Of a stretch of 64,000 nucleotides of DNA, positions 61,340-64,000 are shown in pieces (within the stretch, counting starts at the first letter, position 1; each line of letters starts with the position of its first letter). Made by a program: the position numbers and the translations under genes. Where the stretch lies: NCBI GenBank assembly GCA_017395245.1, contig JAFPVR010000116.1, forward strand, positions 22,086 to 86,085, given 5' to 3'. Source of the stretch: Bacteroidales bacterium. Lineage in GTDB: Bacteria > Bacteroidota > Bacteroidia > Bacteroidales > WCHB1-69. The notes under the pieces are model-generated. The model had not been told where the DNA came from. It saw only the letters and a program-made list of their open reading frames with translations, and did not search any database.

Positions 61340-63042
61340 TACTGCAAGCGTTATATGAATATTACAAAAGATGCGACAATTTGCCACGAAAAGGAATGGA
61401 ACTCAAAGAGATTGGCTTCTTAATTGTCATAGATAAAGAAGGTCATTTTCTGAAATTTGAAGACAGAAGAATTGACAAGAAGCAAGCTCAGCAATTTCTT
61501 GTTAAAAAGCATGTGGGGCGTACAAGTGCTCTTGCAGCAAACCACCTGTATGATAATAGTGGTTATGTTTTGGGATATTCTGAAAAGGGAGATGCGCGGG
61601 CTCAATACCAAACTTTCAAAGATAAAGTGAATGCCATTTTTGAATTACATCCGGATAATCCTGATATAACAGCTGTTCACAAGTTCTATCAAGAAGAGCA
61701 AAGTGCGGTTTTCGAATTAATGCAAAAAGACTCACTTTGGCCGGAAATTTTGAAGAATTTAAATAAGAAGTTCTCTACATTCTCTTTTCTTATTGAAGGA
61801 GATACGGAAATCGTAGCTGCAAAGAAGGAACTATTAGATTTACTTGAAAACGACGTTAACGATTGCGATCAGATATGTTTGGTGTCAGGAGAGAGAGGAC
61901 ATTCTGTCGAGACAACTACGGCAACCATGATTCCTGGCAGTCAAGCAACAGCTAAGCTTGTCTCATTTCAACTGAATTCAGGATATGATTCATACGGGAA
62001 AGAAAAAGGAGGCAATGCGCCAATTAGCGAGGAAGCGGAATTTGCATATACAACAGCTCTAAATTACATGCTCCGTTCCGATTCGAGAAACAAATTCCTT
62101 ATTGGCAATCGCACTTTTTTGTTTTGGGCATCCAAAGATAACGAAGCAGGTAACCAGGCAGAAGAAAGCATCTTTAGTATGTTTGGCAACAACGAACAAG
62201 AAGATGACCCCAACCGAAATATTGAACAGGTAAGAAAAACGTTCAACTCCATATATTCAGGATCTTTGAGAACGAATTTGGATGACAAGTTCTATATCCT
62301 TGGTCTTGCGCCAAACTCAGCACGTATCGCGGTCACATATTGGTCTGAATTGCCACTAAAAGAGTTTGCGTCGTTGATATTGCGTCACTTTGAAGATATG
62401 GACATTGTTGACACGCGAAAAGAGAAAAAGCCCTATATGGGACTGCGTTCTATCTTGGCTGCAGTCACATTAGGCGGAAAATCGTCGGATGCTACGCCAA
62501 ACTTGCCCGAAGCTGTCGTGAAAAGCATTTTCCAGGGTATTTCATACCCTTATACGCTGTTTGCAGGATGCATCCGTCGTATTCGTGCCGAACAAAGTCT
62601 CAATATTACCCGAGCCGCCATCATCAAGGCTTATTTGAACAGAAAAACAAATGATAATCAAAAAAAAATAGGAAAAATGTTAGACATCCAAAACACCAAC
62701 CAAGGCTACCTTTGTGGCCGATTGTTTGCCGTGCTTGACAAGATTCAAGACGAGGCAAACCACCAGCATTCTATCCGCGAACGGTATATGAACTCAGCAA
62801 GTGCCACACCTGCCGCCGTATTCGCTACCATTCTCAACCTGTCATACCATCATTCGGAGAAGTTAACCGAGGGACGGAAAGTTTGGTTTGAGAAAATCAA
62901 ACAGGAAATCGTTGATAAGATAAGTTCCGACGGTTTCCCGGCTCACCTTGACCTACAAGATCAAGGAAGATTCTTTGTGGGCTATTATCAGCAAACACAA
63001 TGGTTTTACACCAAGAAAGAAGAACAAACAACTGAAGAATAA
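61336..63042 (+). CDS. cas8c: Cas8c (Csd1)
   Basis: [49 protein letters not shown]. Confidence 0.93.
   Translation: MILQALYEYYKRCDNLPRKGMELKEIGFLIVIDKEGHFLKFEDRRIDKKQAQQFLVKKHVGRTSALAANHLYDNSGYVLGYSEKGDARAQYQTFKDKVNAIFELHPDNPDITAVHKFYQEEQSAVFELMQKDSLWPEILKNLNKKFSTFSFLIEGDTEIVAAKKELLDLLENDVNDCDQICLVSGERGHSVETTTATMIPGSQATAKLVSFQLNSGYDSYGKEKGGNAPISEEAEFAYTTALNYMLRSDSRNKFLIGNRTFLFWASKDNEAGNQAEESIFSMFGNNEQEDDPNRNIEQVRKTFNSIYSGSLRTNLDDKFYILGLAPNSARIAVTYWSELPLKEFASLILRHFEDMDIVDTRKEKKPYMGLRSILAAVTLGGKSSDATPNLPEAVVKSIFQGISYPYTLFAGCIRRIRAEQSLNITRAAIIKAYLNRKTNDNQKKIGKMLDIQNTNQGYLCGRLFAVLDKIQDEANHQHSIRERYMNSASATPAAVFATILNLSYHHSEKLTEGRKVWFEKIKQEIVDKISSDGFPAHLDLQDQGRFFVGYYQQTQWFYTKKEEQTTEE
62677..63042 (+). 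CDS. cas11: Cas11c small subunit, putative in-frame internal start within cas8c
   Basis: In-frame ATG ([17 protein letters not shown]) after A-rich AAAAAAAATAGGAAAA; matches the known type I-C internal translation arrangement. Confidence 0.7.
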   Translation: MLDIQNTNQGYLCGRLFAVLDKIQDEANHQHSIRERYMNSASATPAAVFATILNLSYHHSEKLTEGRKVWFEKIKQEIVDKISSDGFPAHLDLQDQGRFFVGYYQQTQWFYTKKEEQTTEE

Positions 63043-63062
63043 CGATTAAAATTTATAGTATT

Positions 63063-64000
63063 ATGTCAGAATTAAAAAACAGAATTGATTTTGTGTACAT
63101 TTTCGATGTACAAGATGGTAACCCCAATGGCGATCCCGACGCAGGCAATCTGCCTCGTGTGGACGCGGAAACAGGTATGGGACTCGTGACCGATGTGTGC
63201 CTGAAGCGCAAAGTACGTAATTACGTGCAGATTGTGAAAGATTGTTCGCAGGGATTTGATATTTATGTGAAAGAAAAAGCTGTACTTGGAAGAAGTCATG
63301 TTGCGGCATTCAAGGCACTGGGGTATAAATTAGGTGAAGACTCAAAAAAACAAATACCTAACGAATTAAAAGGCGAACTTGAAGAATCCTCCTTGTTTGA
63401 AGGACTCTCAATCACCGAAGAAGATGAAGCTGAATATTTGGTAGTTGAAGGAGATGCTGATAAAAAGGCAATCCAAGAATGGTTAAAAGAATCTGGATTA
63501 AGCAAAGATGCTATCGCTTTTGTTAAAACAGCACTGAAAGATGCTAAAGCAAGGAAGCAAACTTCTGAAGAGACCGAAGGAGGTCGTCAATGGATGTGTT
63601 CTAACTTTTATGACATCAGGAGTTTCGGTGCTGTATTATCGTTAAAATCAGCTCCTAACTGTGGTCAAGTCCGCGGTCCTATTCAATTTACTTTTGCCCG
63701 GTCAGTGGATGCTATTGCAACCGCTGAACATTCCATCACGCGCATGGCTGTGGCAACAGAAAAAGAGGCCGAGAAACAAGGTGGGGACAATCGTACGATG
63801 GGTCGCAAAGCTATAGTTCCCTACGGACTCTATGTCTGCCATGGTTTCGTCTCAGCCAATCTCGCCAAACAAACTGGTTTTACCGAAGAAGATTTGGAAC
63901 TGTTCTGGGAAGCCTTGAAAAACATGTTCGACATTGACCGATCTGCAGCTCGTGGGTTAATGAGTGCCCAAAAACTGATTGTATTCAAACACGATTCAGT
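63063..64000 (+). CDS. cas7: Cas7c (Csd2), runs off right edge; not in the ORF track
   Basis: Manual translation [71 protein letters not shown]. Confidence 0.95.
   Translation, partial: MSELKNRIDFVYIFDVQDGNPNGDPDAGNLPRVDAETGMGLVTDVCLKRKVRNYVQIVKDCSQGFDIYVKEKAVLGRSHVAAFKALGYKLGEDSKKQIPNELKGELEESSLFEGLSITEEDEAEYLVVEGDADKKAIQEWLKESGLSKDAIAFVKTALKDAKARKQTSEETEGGRQWMCSNFYDIRSFGAVLSLKSAPNCGQVRGPIQFTFARSVDAIATAEHSITRMAVATEKEAEKQGGDNRTMGRKAIVPYGLYVCHGFVSANLAKQTGFTEEDLELFWEALKNMFDIDRSAARGLMSAQKLIVFKHDS

Overview
Chromosomal segment of a Bacteroidales-type bacterium, judged from TAnnTTTG promoters, a T9SS C-terminal domain and Bacteroidales-style housekeeping genes; core genes are GC-rich. Core genes: ftsE, gyrB, ffh, gpmA, panD/panC, rprY, lpxB, tcdA, sod, a carboxyltransferase, clpB, an OPT transporter, kdsB, pssA, holB and a BatD-like gene. 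There is a CsgG-DUF4810-DUF799 lipoprotein operon, and an nqrA-F operon split by a GH29 fucosidase and an MqsR/MqsA-DUF4065-like TA pair. An MNT-HEPN TA pair follows clpB. Three large surface-protein genes each carry an inactivating lesion. A lower-GC type I-C cas operon (cas3, cas5, cas8c with hidden cas11c, cas7 with an unusually long insertion) runs off the right edge; no CRISPR array is in the window. The most striking signal not explained by the gene calls is a dense, strand-biased intergenic 'grammar': about 10 heptamer tandem-repeat families and three families of REP-like palindromic elements. They sit at gene junctions, often supply stop codons or C-terminal residues, and are inserted in frame inside two proteins. 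A candidate two-state attenuator RNA precedes one surface-protein gene. All calls come from reading motifs; no database searches were run. Start coordinates were adjusted by hand from the ORF track where an ATG fit better.
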